Source: Chthoniobacteraceae bacterium
GTDB taxonomy: Bacteria; Verrucomicrobiota; Verrucomicrobiia; Chthoniobacterales; Chthoniobacteraceae
Direction: 5' to 3'
Length of the DNA stretch: 36,028 nt
NCBI GenBank assembly: GCA_031409335.1
Contig: JANNWY010000203.1
Location: forward strand, 1 to 36,028
Made by a program: the position numbers and the translations under genes. The first letter of the stretch is position 1, and the number at the start of each line of letters is the position of its first letter. The notes under the pieces are model-generated. The model saw only the letters and a program-made list of their open reading frames with translations, was not told the DNA's origin and made no database searches. Positions 9,391 through 18,121 of the stretch are shown here, in pieces.

Positions 9391-9485
9391 AAACACAGAG
9401 AGACAGAGGACACAGAGGTACACAGAGACGGAATTTCTGAATCCTCTTCTCTGTGTACCTCCGTGTTCTCTGTCTCTCTGTGTTT
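9391..9485. repeat. Hairpin with 9-nt-periodic (ACAGAG-core) arms, copy 1
   Basis: 38-bp arms at 9391-9428 and 9448-9485 with two non-Watson-Crick positions. Confidence 0.9.
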
Positions 9486-9536
9486 GAGCGCTGAATTCCT
9501 TCGCGGCGCGCGCCACCTTTAACCGACCCTTTTCCC

Positions 9537-10088
9537 ATGCACGAAAATACTGAGACGAAACTAACCCGCGACTGCGAGGCGATCCGCATTCCGAGCGGCG
9601 AGACATTCATGATTCCCGCGGGGACGCAGGTGCTCATCACGCAGGCGCTGGGCGGCAGTTTTACGATTGCGACGAATTCCGGGCTGGCGCGGATCACCGA
9701 CGCGAATGCGGATGCGCTCGGTTTGCAATCGGCCGAAAAAGCCGATGCCCCGATCGCGGATCATGGCGGGGTGAAGGTCGATGAGAAGGCGGTGTGGGAT
9801 CAGCTTCGGACGTGTTACGACCCAGAGATTCCGGTGAATATCGTCGATCTCGGGCTGGTGTACGATTGTCTCATCGACCAGCCGGAAGGGGCTGCGGCGA
9901 AGGTTTCCGTGAAGATGACGCTGACTGCGCCGGGCTGCGGCATGGGGCCGACGATCGCGGCCGAGGCGAAACAAAAAGTGATGAGCGTGCCGGGCGTAAG
10001 CGATGCGGAGGTCGATCTCGTGTGGGATCCGCCGTGGAATCAGGGGATGATCAGCGAAGTGGGGCGGATGAAGCTGGGGCTGGTGTGA
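9537..10088 (+). CDS. sufT: Fe-S cluster assembly protein SufT (DUF59)
   Basis: VLITQALGGSFT, CYDPEIPVNIVDLGLVY, MTLTAPGCGMG, WDPPWN. Confidence 0.92.
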   Translation: MHENTETKLTRDCEAIRIPSGETFMIPAGTQVLITQALGGSFTIATNSGLARITDANADALGLQSAEKADAPIADHGGVKVDEKAVWDQLRTCYDPEIPVNIVDLGLVYDCLIDQPEGAAAKVSVKMTLTAPGCGMGPTIAAEAKQKVMSVPGVSDAEVDLVWDPPWNQGMISEVGRMKLGLV

Positions 10089-10269
10089 GGGCGGTCCGTG
10101 TGCAGTTTGGCGTTTAGAAATTTTCCGGGAAGAACTGGAGGTTTCGCCCGAAACCAACGGTGGAATCGAGATTGCGACCGATCGGCGGCAGGGCGAAACC
10201 CTGTGATTTCCACAATGCGCGCGATGCCATTTGCGCGGATGGCTCGCGTGTGACACAATCCGCCACTCC

Positions 10270-11148
10270 ATGCAGCACGGCCCCGACTCCTGGCAGATCA
10301 GTTTTTTCGCCGTCGCCGCGATCATCATCGCGCTGAAAGCATGGCACGGCTGGCGGCTCGGCGTGATGCGGCAGGCGATTGGCCTTCTGGCTCTGGTCTG
10401 CGCGTATGTGTGCGCGATTTTTTGCGGACACATCCTCGCCCCCGTCCTCTTCATCGCCGGTGTCCCGAGCCGTCTGTCCGGCATTGCCGGTGGGGCGATC
10501 CTCGGATTGCTGGTTTACGGCACCCTGTCGATCGTCGGTGCGATTCTTTTCAAAAAAACCTCTCAGCAAACCGTCGGCGTCGTCCGCCTCGGCTACGGCA
10601 TCGCGGGCGCGGCGATCGGCGGGCTGATGGGGCTGTTTGTCGTGTGGATCGCCATCCTCGGCATCCGCGTGCTCGGCACCGTGGCGAAGACCCAAATCGA
10701 CGCCGCCCGGCAGCCCGCCGCGGCCGTCCAGGGAAAACGCGCGCCAAAACCCGTCGCGAAACCCAGCTCCCTCGTGCGCGGCCTGGCCCACATCAAGGAA
10801 TCGCTCGAACAAGGCGCGACCGGCGCAGTCGTCGAGCACGTCGATCCGATTCCCGGCACGCTCTATTCGCTCATCACCAAGGTCGGCCAGATGATCTCCA
10901 ACGAGCAGTCGATCGACCGCTTCCTCGCCTATCCCGGCGTGAAAACGCTGACCGAACATCCCAAGATCGCCGCGCTGCACAGCGATCCCGAGATCGCGAA
11001 AAATCTCATCGCCCAGAACTACTTCGCACTCGTCCGCAACGAACGAATCATCCACGCCGCGAACGATCGCGAGATCGGCGAGCTGATGGTGAAATTCGAG
11101 TTCGAGAAAGCGCTGGATCACGCGCTCGCGAAGCCGAAGGGGCCGTAA
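10270..11148 (+). CDS. CvpA-family membrane protein with a soluble C-terminal extension
   Basis: GWRLGVMRQ motif after TM1, four TM segments, G.AGA.IG..MGL motif. Confidence 0.7.
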   Translation: MQHGPDSWQISFFAVAAIIIALKAWHGWRLGVMRQAIGLLALVCAYVCAIFCGHILAPVLFIAGVPSRLSGIAGGAILGLLVYGTLSIVGAILFKKTSQQTVGVVRLGYGIAGAAIGGLMGLFVVWIAILGIRVLGTVAKTQIDAARQPAAAVQGKRAPKPVAKPSSLVRGLAHIKESLEQGATGAVVEHVDPIPGTLYSLITKVGQMISNEQSIDRFLAYPGVKTLTEHPKIAALHSDPEIAKNLIAQNYFALVRNERIIHAANDREIGELMVKFEFEKALDHALAKPKGP

Positions 11149-11407
11149 CGAAGAGCACCGGCGTCGTGGGTGATTCAAAGCGACTTTGCCAAGGCGGACT
11201 GTGCCGCTCACGCGACATTGCGGGGCCAGCCTACTCCAGCACGAACCGGCGGAGGATGCGGAGGTAAGGCGTATCCTGCCCCGCGCCCGCACGCCGCGCC
11301 GCGCGCATCCGCTCGCGCAGCGCGAGCCAAGTGTCCGGCTTGAGCGTTTCGAGGTCGCTGCAGGGGGGTCAGACGCGCTTGCGCCGCTGTCTGAGAAATG
11401 GTGTCGG

Positions 11408-13858
11408 TCATTTTTCGAGGTCGGCCAGCTCTACGCGCGCCTTCTTTCGGACGGGGGTGGTTTCCCTTGCCAGACCTACAGCCAGAACGCCGACCACAAC
11501 GGTTTGGAAGATGGCGGCAGGACCGACGCCCGCATATCCGAACACCGAAAAGACCAGCTCGAGAATTCCATTAAGTCCCCACAAGGTTATTCCTACCCAA
11601 GCCATGTTGAGACGTGTATTCTTGGGATCTTTGCCTGTCTGGATACGCCGGTACGGCCAGAGCAGCCATTGCACATAGAATTGTGTGCTGAGCCAAACAA
11701 AGGTAAAGGGTATGGCCAAAATGCTGAGGTTTGGTAGAAAGGGAACTGTACAGGCCCAAGTGCTCGTAAATGCGAGCGGTAACTCGCTAGCCTGCATGAA
11801 TGAATCGGACCAGAAGAGCGGGCTCAGCGCGAACATGCCAACGTACAGGAGTATAACTCGCCGTCCTGCGAAACGGCGGCTCTTGGTGTAACGGAGAGCA
11901 AAATGGGTCAAAGTCGGGAGAGTCGACAAAGAGACCGTGTAGATTAACCTAAACAGGAGCAAGGAGGTAGCTGCCGCTCCGCCGATCGCCTGTGCAGGGA
12001 ACCCAGATGGCACAGTATTTTCTACCATGAACGCCAATGCGCTAAGCGCAAATAGTTGCAGGAGGACGAAGGCCAAAATCAAGTCCGTGTCGCGCCTATT
12101 TGTTACGAGACAGCGATAAATAACGCCCAAGAACAATTGAGCGGTGACAAAGGTGCTCACTAGGTCGAGCAATGAAAACGAATTGATAGTGATTCTATCG
12201 CCAGTCCGACCAACAGTCAGCGCCGCTCCCACGAGGATGAACAAGGGCGTTACGATCACAGCCACGATTGCAAAATCGCGACGCTTCGATTCATCCGCCA
12301 ACCGTGCTTCTACTTCGGCTTCGGCGCGCGCGGTGCCTTCGCGAGTTAGGCGTTCCTCTTCCGTGATCTCAGCATGGCGCCGGTCGAGATGGAGGAGCCG
12401 CTCGGCGAGCTCCGCGGCACTGGGCAGGCGGCGGGCGGGATCGCCATCGACGCACGCGGCGATGTCTTCGCGGAGGAGTGGGTCGGGGATGTCGCGCTCC
12501 CAACCTTGAGCGAGCGGATCGAGCGGCTTGACGGTGATGAGCTGGTAGAGCAGGACGCCGAGGCCGTAGATGTCCCCTTGGATCGTGTAGGGTTTTCCGG
12601 CAAGGTATTCTGGCGGGCTATAGGTAGGCGTGCCGGTGCTGTGCTCTACTTTCGTGCGGGTGAAGCCGGCGGCGGTGACCCCGTGTTCTCCGAGCACGGC
12701 GCGGTCGGTGAGGGTGCCGATCCCGAAATCGACGAGGCGCGGGCGGGGTTCGCCGCCGGGGCCGTCGAAGATGAGGATGTTGGTCGGTTTGATGTCCTTG
12801 TGCAGGACGCCGATGCTGTGGGCGGCGGCGAGCGCGGTGGCGGTGTGGGCGACGAGCGCGATGCGTTGGGCGAGCGGGATTTTTTCGAGGCCACCCTGGC
12901 GTTCGGCCCACTGGAGGAGGTTGCCGTGCGGGGCGAGGTCGCTTTCGAGATAGAAGGGCGGGGCGTCGAGCTTGAGTTCGTGGATGTGGACGATGTCGTC
13001 GCGCTCGCCGAGGGCGCTGCGGAGCAGGCGCACGAGGGTGACTTCGCGCTTGAGCGCGCGCAGGCGTTCGTCGTCGAAGCAGAATTTGAAGGCGCGGCGC
13101 TGGTGGAGCTTCGCGTGTTCGCCGGTCCACACTTCGCCGAAGCCGCCCGCGCCGAGTCGCTCGGTGAGCAGCCAGCCTGTGCGGCCCGGGATTTCCAGGC
13201 CAACGGCAGGACGCCAGCCGAGCGTTTCCTCTTCGCCGGGGCGGATCGCGCGTTTGGCTTTGTCGCCATCGGGCGGCGCGGTGAGCGGGGCGAGACTGTC
13301 CGCGCCGACCTCGAAAATTTGCAGCGGTTCTTCGCGGCCTTTCATGAGATAGGGACCGTGCGCGGGCCAGCGCAGGGGCGGCATCGTTTTCCCCGCGACC
13401 GCCGGATGTTCGCGGACGAAGCAGCGCGCTTCATCGAAGGGAACTTGCGTGAGCAAAATCTGTCCGCCGACCGCGAGGCTCATTACGCGCGCTGCGAGAT
13501 CGGCCGCCGGGGCGACGACACCGCTGCCGCCTTCGGAATCGACCACGGTGAACTCGCCGGCATGGATGCCGACGCGCGCGGTGAGACGCACTTCGCTCCA
13601 CGGTCCGTCGCGCATCGCATCCTGAAAGAGCAGCGCCAGGCGCACCGCCTCGGTGACGCTGCCCGCTTCGGCAAAGTAGCTGTCGCCCGCGTTGCTGAGG
13701 ATGCGGAGATGGCACTCGCGGGCGAGGCGCTCAAAGTGGCCGTTGTGCGCCCGCAGCGCCTCGCTGAACGCGGGCACGCCATGCCGCGCCTTTAATTCCG
13801 TGGAGCCGACAATGTCGGTGAAAAGCAGGACGGCAAATCTGGTTTCCGGGGCCGACAT
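11408..13858 (-). CDS. Class III nucleotide cyclase-like domain + Ser/Thr protein kinase + multi-TM C-terminal domain
   Basis: Cyclase: LFTDIVGST, GDS, RVGIHAGE, AARV, GGQIL. Kinase: GAGGFGEVW, AFK, HKDIKPTN, DFG, GTPTYSPPE, DIYGLG. Hydrophobic C-terminus. Confidence 0.9.
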   Translation of the reverse strand: MSAPETRFAVLLFTDIVGSTELKARHGVPAFSEALRAHNGHFERLARECHLRILSNAGDSYFAEAGSVTEAVRLALLFQDAMRDGPWSEVRLTARVGIHAGEFTVVDSEGGSGVVAPAADLAARVMSLAVGGQILLTQVPFDEARCFVREHPAVAGKTMPPLRWPAHGPYLMKGREEPLQIFEVGADSLAPLTAPPDGDKAKRAIRPGEEETLGWRPAVGLEIPGRTGWLLTERLGAGGFGEVWTGEHAKLHQRRAFKFCFDDERLRALKREVTLVRLLRSALGERDDIVHIHELKLDAPPFYLESDLAPHGNLLQWAERQGGLEKIPLAQRIALVAHTATALAAAHSIGVLHKDIKPTNILIFDGPGGEPRPRLVDFGIGTLTDRAVLGEHGVTAAGFTRTKVEHSTGTPTYSPPEYLAGKPYTIQGDIYGLGVLLYQLITVKPLDPLAQGWERDIPDPLLREDIAACVDGDPARRLPSAAELAERLLHLDRRHAEITEEERLTREGTARAEAEVEARLADESKRRDFAIVAVIVTPLFILVGAALTVGRTGDRITINSFSLLDLVSTFVTAQLFLGVIYRCLVTNRRDTDLILAFVLLQLFALSALAFMVENTVPSGFPAQAIGGAAATSLLLFRLIYTVSLSTLPTLTHFALRYTKSRRFAGRRVILLYVGMFALSPLFWSDSFMQASELPLAFTSTWACTVPFLPNLSILAIPFTFVWLSTQFYVQWLLWPYRRIQTGKDPKNTRLNMAWVGITLWGLNGILELVFSVFGYAGVGPAAIFQTVVVGVLAVGLARETTPVRKKARVELADLEK

Positions 13859-14064
13859 GAATCGTGTCTGTAACGGGCGGCGGCGAGGGTGTCAGTATGC
13901 AAATCGCGGAACGACTGGCATTCGGAGCGCATCGTCCTTGTTTAGCACGCGAGGCACGATGTGGCTCGTGTTCGGAAATCCACGTCGCATCTTGAAATCC
14001 CGACCGTTTTCCCTAAACAGGCGCGATCGACATCGGAACACCGCTCCGCACTGCGAACGCGCGG

Positions 14065-14121
14065 CTCTCAACCTTCAACTCTCCCTTCGACAAGCTCAGG
14101 ACCTTTCGGCAACTCTCAACT
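14065..14121 (+). repeat. Degenerate CTCAACT heptamer tract interrupted by CCTTCGACAAGCTCAGGAC
   Basis: ctctcaa-ccttcaa-ctctc-[ccttcgacaagctcaggacctttcgg]-caactctcaact, directly upstream of gatB. Confidence 0.5.
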
Positions 14122-14127
14122 TTCCCA

Positions 14128-15576
14128 ATGATCCCAACCATCGGCCTCGAAGTCCACGTCCAGCTCAAGACCCGCAGCAAAATGTTCTGCGCGTGCCCCA
14201 CCGGCTTTGGCGCGGAGCCGAATGCGAGCACTTGCCCCGTGTGCCTCGGCTATCCCGGCGCGCTGCCGGTGATGAATGAGGAGGCGTTGAAGATGACCGC
14301 GCTCACGGGGCTGATGCTTGGCTGCGAAATCCCGCGCGTGTGCAAATTCGACCGGAAGAATTATTTCTATCCGGACATGCCGAAGAACTACCAGATCACG
14401 CAATTCGACCAGCCGATCTGCGTCGGCGGCGCGGTGCCGCTGCACGATCTCGCGTATCCGAAGGACGTGCAGAAGAGCATTCCGCATCCGGGAAAAGTCA
14501 TCGCGCTCACGCGCATTCATCTTGAAGAAGACGTGGCGAAGAGCACGCACTTCGAGACATCGAGCGGCATCGACTTTAATCGCGCGGGGACACCGCTGAT
14601 GGAGATCGTGAGCGAGCCGGACATCGCGACGCCGGAGGAGGCGTTCGCGTACTTGACGGCACTCCAGCAGATCCTCATCTACGGCGGAGTCAGCGATGCG
14701 GACATGGAAAAGGGTCAGCTCCGGTGCGATTGCAACGTGTCTGTGCGGCCCGAGGGGCAGAAGGAATTTGGGACGAAGATCGAGATTAAAAACATGAACT
14801 CGATCAGCGCCGTGCGCCGCGCGCTCGCCTACGAGATCGACCGCCAGACTGCCGCCCTTCAGCGCGGCGAAACGCTCGTGCAATCCACCCGCCGCTGGGA
14901 TGACGCCTCGGGCCAAACTTTCCAGATGCGCGAAAAGGAAAGCTCGCACGACTACCGCTACTTTCCCGACCCGGACCTGCTGCCGGTCGATACGTCGGCA
15001 TTCATGGCTGAAGTGCGCGCGCGCCGGCCCGAGCTGCCCGCGGAGAAAAAGGCGCGTTTCATCGCAGATTTTGGCGTGACCGAATACGACGCCAGCGTGC
15101 TCGCGTCGGAGCGTCCGCTCGCGGAATATTTTGATGCGGCGGCAAAGGGCGCGCGCAAACCAAAGAGCGTTGCCAACTGGATCATCAACGATCTCCTCAG
15201 CGCGCTCGCCGCTTCGGAAAAGACGATCACGGATTGCCCCATCTCCGCGCATTCGCTCGATGAACTGGTGAACCTAGTCGACGCGGGCACGATCAACAGC
15301 ACGCAGGGCCGCGAGGTCTTTGCGGAGATGTTTTCCTCGGGAAAACCGGCGACGGAAATCGTGAAGGAGAAGGGCCTCGAACAAGTCAGCGACACCGGCG
15401 CGATCGAAGCGCTGTGCGCGCAGGCGATCGCGGCAAGCCCGAAGGCGGTCGCGGAATACAAGGCCGGGAAATTGCAGGCAATCAATTCGATCAAAGGCCA
15501 GGTGATGAAACTTTCGCAGGGCAAGGCGAACCCCGCGGTCGTCGCCGACATTCTCGCGGGAATGCTCAAGTCGTAA
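14128..15576 (+). CDS. gatB: Asp-tRNA(Asn)/Glu-tRNA(Gln) amidotransferase subunit B
   Basis: IGLEVHVQL, CPVCLGYPGALP, FDRKNYFYPDMPKNYQITQ, IHLEED, DFNRAGTPLMEIVSEPD, RCDCNVS, DYRYFPDPDL. Confidence 0.98.
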   Translation: MIPTIGLEVHVQLKTRSKMFCACPTGFGAEPNASTCPVCLGYPGALPVMNEEALKMTALTGLMLGCEIPRVCKFDRKNYFYPDMPKNYQITQFDQPICVGGAVPLHDLAYPKDVQKSIPHPGKVIALTRIHLEEDVAKSTHFETSSGIDFNRAGTPLMEIVSEPDIATPEEAFAYLTALQQILIYGGVSDADMEKGQLRCDCNVSVRPEGQKEFGTKIEIKNMNSISAVRRALAYEIDRQTAALQRGETLVQSTRRWDDASGQTFQMREKESSHDYRYFPDPDLLPVDTSAFMAEVRARRPELPAEKKARFIADFGVTEYDASVLASERPLAEYFDAAAKGARKPKSVANWIINDLLSALAASEKTITDCPISAHSLDELVNLVDAGTINSTQGREVFAEMFSSGKPATEIVKEKGLEQVSDTGAIEALCAQAIAASPKAVAEYKAGKLQAINSIKGQVMKLSQGKANPAVVADILAGMLKS

Positions 15577-17413
15577 CGAACATCCCCTGCCCTTCCCGCC
15601 GCAGCGCGATTGCCGCCTCGACCATTGCCGGCCATTCCTGCAAGAGCGCGCCGAAGCGGGCGGTGAGCGATTGCATCAGGACGCGATTTTCTTCGGGAGA
15701 ACGGCCGGTTTTCAGATCGAGCGGAATGTCGAAATCGTCGTGCCCGAGCGCCGCGCGGGTGTGCTCGATCAGCGCCTGCACATCGTCGCGCCAGAAGTCC
15801 GGCGCGTCCGCGTTTTCACGCAACTGCCGCTCCAGAAAGTCGAGCCGCTCGCCTTCATGCTCCAAGGTCTGCACGCGCAGAAAATCGCGAAAACCGCCGG
15901 TGGGCAGCGCGCCGAGTTCGGCGAGCGCGCGGCCGATCCTCTGCATCCGCAGCGTCGCGCTCGCTTGCGGCGCGGGCTGTTGCAGCAAGACGAATCGCCG
16001 CATGAGATGCGCGAACTCGAAGACGACCGCGCGGCGATCCGCGTTCAATTCCGATGGCAAAAGGATCGGTTTTCCCGGACCGGGATCGTGCTCGATCGCG
16101 TAGGGCAAATGACCGAGCACGGCGTCCGGGCAGCAGCGCCAGAGCGTCGCGCCGAAGATGAAATCCTCCGCGTGCAGCACGGGAAAAAATGGCGGCAGCA
16201 ATTCGCGGTGATCCAGCCCCATCGCCATGCCGGGGCACACGCTCGCATCGCCGATCGCGCGACTCGCCGTCAGCGATAAAACACTGCGGCTGCCGCACAC
16301 CGAGCGGTAGTGCGCCGCCGATTCCGTGAGTCGCGCGAGGTTTTTCCCGCGAACGTACAAATAGTACGCCGACGTCGGAATCCCCGGATCGCCGAGATGC
16401 CCCGCAAGCGTCGCGCGCACCCGCGTCGCCGCATCTTCCAGACGACGCAGGATTTCATCGCCGACCTGATCGAAATCCATCCCGGCAGCATCGCCCGGCA
16501 GCAGGTCCGCGAGGCCGCGTCCGAGCATCGTTTCGTTGAGCGCGAGATAATCCACCTCCACGAAATCCGCGCCTGCCCGCGCGGATTCGCGATCCGCGAA
16601 ATAGGTCCGCGAATACGGATCGCACGTCGCAAAAAGCGCGAGCCCTTCGCCCGGCTCTGGCGGCGCGGCCATGCGGCAGACGACATCATCATCGACGCTG
16701 CAAACCATCCGCCCCGCGCCGTGCAGCAGCACCGCATTGCGATTCGCCCCGCAGGTAAAGCCCGTGCCGAGCGGATCAAATAGCGCAAACTCCACCGCCT
16801 CCGGCGAACACCCGCCGCGCTTCACCAGCGCCGCGGCAAACCGCCGCTTCTCATCTTCACCCGCGTAAAGGACGCGACTCCCGCGCTGGGCTGCCATCGC
16901 CCGAAAAGCATCGCGTTGCGCCGCTTTCTGCGAGCCATCCGAAATCAGAAACTCCACCGCGCGCCCATGCGCTTCCGTGTTCGCGATGAAACTATCCAGC
17001 GCCCGCGACATCAACGGCACGCGATCGCCGCCGGTCGGAAATCCAATCGCCTCAATCGCGCCCGGTCGCGACTCCGCAGGATTTGCGCGGATCTGCGCGA
17101 ACAAATCGACCGACGAAATGAGCAGCCCCGCCTCCACCAAACGCGGCAGCCAGCTCCGCAAACTCGCCACTTCCAGCGAACCCCAGCCAAGCGCCTCTGC
17201 GTGATCCGCCACATGGATTTCCAGCGCGCGGAATTTGTCGCAGCCCTGCACAAAATCCACCACGAACGACGGCACCACCTGCGGCTGTTTTCCGGGGCGA
17301 TACGTCACCGCGACCTCATCCCCCGCCGTCACGCTCGTGAACGCCGCGCGCCGCCACAGCCGGTCGGGCGCGGGCGCAGATTCGCGGGTGGTGAAGCGGG
17401 AAAGCAGACCCAT
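15566..17413 (-). CDS. Hypothetical protein, GT-A glycosyltransferase-like
   Basis: ORF of about 615 aa (alternative start 17422). Motifs IGFPT..R, LISDGS, GANRNAVLL, SVDDD, PPFFPVLHAED. Confidence 0.7.
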   Translation of the reverse strand: MGLLSRFTTRESAPAPDRLWRRAAFTSVTAGDEVAVTYRPGKQPQVVPSFVVDFVQGCDKFRALEIHVADHAEALGWGSLEVASLRSWLPRLVEAGLLISSVDLFAQIRANPAESRPGAIEAIGFPTGGDRVPLMSRALDSFIANTEAHGRAVEFLISDGSQKAAQRDAFRAMAAQRGSRVLYAGEDEKRRFAAALVKRGGCSPEAVEFALFDPLGTGFTCGANRNAVLLHGAGRMVCSVDDDVVCRMAAPPEPGEGLALFATCDPYSRTYFADRESARAGADFVEVDYLALNETMLGRGLADLLPGDAAGMDFDQVGDEILRRLEDAATRVRATLAGHLGDPGIPTSAYYLYVRGKNLARLTESAAHYRSVCGSRSVLSLTASRAIGDASVCPGMAMGLDHRELLPPFFPVLHAEDFIFGATLWRCCPDAVLGHLPYAIEHDPGPGKPILLPSELNADRRAVVFEFAHLMRRFVLLQQPAPQASATLRMQRIGRALAELGALPTGGFRDFLRVQTLEHEGERLDFLERQLRENADAPDFWRDDVQALIEHTRAALGHDDFDIPLDLKTGRSPEENRVLMQSLTARFGALLQEWPAMVEAAIALRREGQGMFVTT

Positions 17414-17479
17414 GCGGCGCATTCAAGCCAGATGCCCCGGTTGCAATCCAGCCGCATTTCCCGTTGGATGCCCGCGTCG

Positions 17480-18118
17480 ATGACGACTCCCAACAAAATC
17501 ACCATCGCCCGGATTTTCATGATCCCGCTTTTCGTGATGATGGCGATCTACTACGGGCGCAGCGTGCGCGCCGGCACTCCACTGGAATGGCAGCGCTGGC
17601 TCGCGACCACGCTGTTCCTCGTCGCCGCCGCGAGCGACGGACTCGATGGCTACATCGCGCGCAAATACAATCAGCGCAGCCGGCTCGGCGTCATGCTCGA
17701 TCCCATCGCCGACAAGGGTCTGCTGCTCGCCGGCGTCATCACCCTGAGCGTCAGCAATTGGCGCTTCGAGTTTCCGGTCTGGTTTCCCGTGCTCGTCATC
17801 GCGCGCGATGTCATCGTCGTCGCCGGCGCGGTCGCACTTCACGTGCTCAACGGCTCGGTGCGCGTGAAACCAAGCTGGACCGGCAAGATCGCGACCGCTC
17901 TGCAAATGGTCGCGATAGGCTGCATCATGCTCCAACTCGATCTGTTTCACACGACCGTCCCATTCGGCTCGTGGAAGTTGGACCTTCACTTTCTCGACAT
18001 TCCGGTGTGGCTTGCGGGATTGTTCACTGCGGTTTCCGGTTTCGGCTACATAGTCGATGGCCTGCAACAACTTCACGCCAAAGGGCACGGCGATCCGCAG
18101 TCCATCAACGAAACCTAA
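17480..18118 (+). CDS. pgsA: CDP-alcohol phosphatidyltransferase, PgsA-like
   Basis: PNKITIARI and the CDP-alcohol signature SDGLDGYIARKYNQRSRLGVMLDPIADK. Confidence 0.9.
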   Translation: MTTPNKITIARIFMIPLFVMMAIYYGRSVRAGTPLEWQRWLATTLFLVAAASDGLDGYIARKYNQRSRLGVMLDPIADKGLLLAGVITLSVSNWRFEFPVWFPVLVIARDVIVVAGAVALHVLNGSVRVKPSWTGKIATALQMVAIGCIMLQLDLFHTTVPFGSWKLDLHFLDIPVWLAGLFTAVSGFGYIVDGLQQLHAKGHGDPQSINET

Positions 18119-18121
18119 TTT

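Noticed and set aside
9391..9485. Periodic ACAGAG repeats (also 20812-20904) as a CRISPR array
   Set aside because: Units are 9 nt, contiguous and inverted, with no spacers and no cas genes.
10140..10200. 10-bp inverted repeat GGTTTCGCCC/GGGCGAAACC after sufT as a terminator or ncRNA
   Set aside because: 41-nt loop, no U-tract and no second copy; too little support.
11408..13858. Cyclase-kinase as a Pycsar/CBASS-type defence system
   Set aside because: No adjacent cNMP-binding effector or other defence genes; kept only as a degenerate-cyclase observation.
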